In this document: one piece after another, positions 63,300 to 63,947 of the stretch
Layout: every line of letters begins with the position of its first letter
Position numbering within the stretch: position 1 is the first letter of the stretch
From: Hydrolagus affinis
Taxonomy: Eukaryota
Reading direction: 5' to 3'
DNA: 63,947 nt
Assembly (NCBI GenBank): GCA_012026655.1
Contig: JAAILG010001628.1
Location: 1 to 63,947, forward strand
The notes under the pieces: generated by a model
The model's database searches: none
What the model was told of the DNA's origin: nothing
What the model saw: only the letters and a program-made list of their open reading frames with translations
Made by a program: the position numbers and the translations under genes

Positions 63300-63947
63300 A
63301 ATGGAACCCAGAAGTGTCGTTCACTTCACTCCATGAATCAAACGCATATACTCGAAAAATATATATACGGAGGCCATCCCGAGAACAAGATATAAAAACG
63401 TTTTTAAAAAAACATTAAAACACAAACCTCGATTGACAGTGAGGGTACCTCAACCACTAGCCATCGGATGTGGACTGTACAGGCGGAAAAAAAATCCCAT
63501 TAAGAGGAAAACAAATACCCTGCGATACATTCTTCCGTTTCTTTTCCAAGAAAATACACAACTAATCCTATTAATACCCACAATGCTAACCACGGACAGA
63601 CTTTGTCAGGGATTTGTAGTTTTTAGTGTCGGGGACTCTCGTTGCTTTCAACGAAGCAGATTGTCAGGAAGGACAACAACTCCCGGGTGGCCGCTCCCCC
63701 CACCACATCGGTCAGAACAAAAGGGTTCGGCCGATCTGACGTCGGGGCTAATTTAAAAAAAATGTTGCGACTCCTCCCAACAGATTTTAAAAAGAACATT
63801 TTAAACATTAAATCCTTCCGAATGAGACTGGGCGAGAGAAGGGAAAGAGAAATGGAAGTCTCCCTTCCCCCACCCAACCAGCTAGACAACACGTCGAAGA
63901 CAAACACACACACAGAAAGTTTACAAATCGTTTAAAAAAATTTTTTC
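63300..63947. promoter_or_regulatory. CpG-enriched shore, probably approaching the AFF4 exon 1/promoter island outside the window
   Basis: Visible rise in CpG (cccgggtggccgc, ttcggccgatctgacgtcgggg) and no SINE copies. Confidence 0.45.

Noticed and set aside
1-63947. CRISPR arrays, prokaryotic operons, rRNA or an intact transposase/RT gene
   Set aside because: The sequence is intron-rich vertebrate DNA. No repeat-spacer array, rRNA or long TE ORF is present.

Overview
Vertebrate genomic DNA, AT-rich and full of introns and repeats. The repeat set (tRNA-headed/Deu-domain SINEs, L2 and CR1 LINE tails, a Penelope-type repeat) suggests a cartilaginous fish, possibly a chimaera; this is inference only. 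Three spliced genes can be assembled by hand, in the same order and orientation as human 5q31.1. UQCRQ (+, 2 coding exons, 82 aa, 1753-2581). LEAP2 (+, 3 exons, 80-85 aa prepropeptide, 5906/5921-8421), which the ORF track misses entirely. AFF4 (-, 20 canonical coding exons, about 1167 aa, 47220-18663), with a ~4.4 kb repeat-free 3' UTR. AFF4 exon 1 and its promoter probably lie beyond the right edge, where CpG density rises. I see no evidence for a new multi-gene system. The best leads are: three extra AFF4 small-exon candidates (an AFF1-like N-terminal MASQTG exon, an in-frame 27-nt microexon and a stop-containing 35-nt exon); a ~215-bp palindrome with a minimal hammerhead-ribozyme motif on the AFF4 sense strand; a 1.18-kb TIR element carrying an antisense promoter/exon/intron cassette in AFF4 intron 2; and template-switch-like hairpins. 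Repeat boundaries are approximate. Homology statements rest on recalled sequences, not on database searches.
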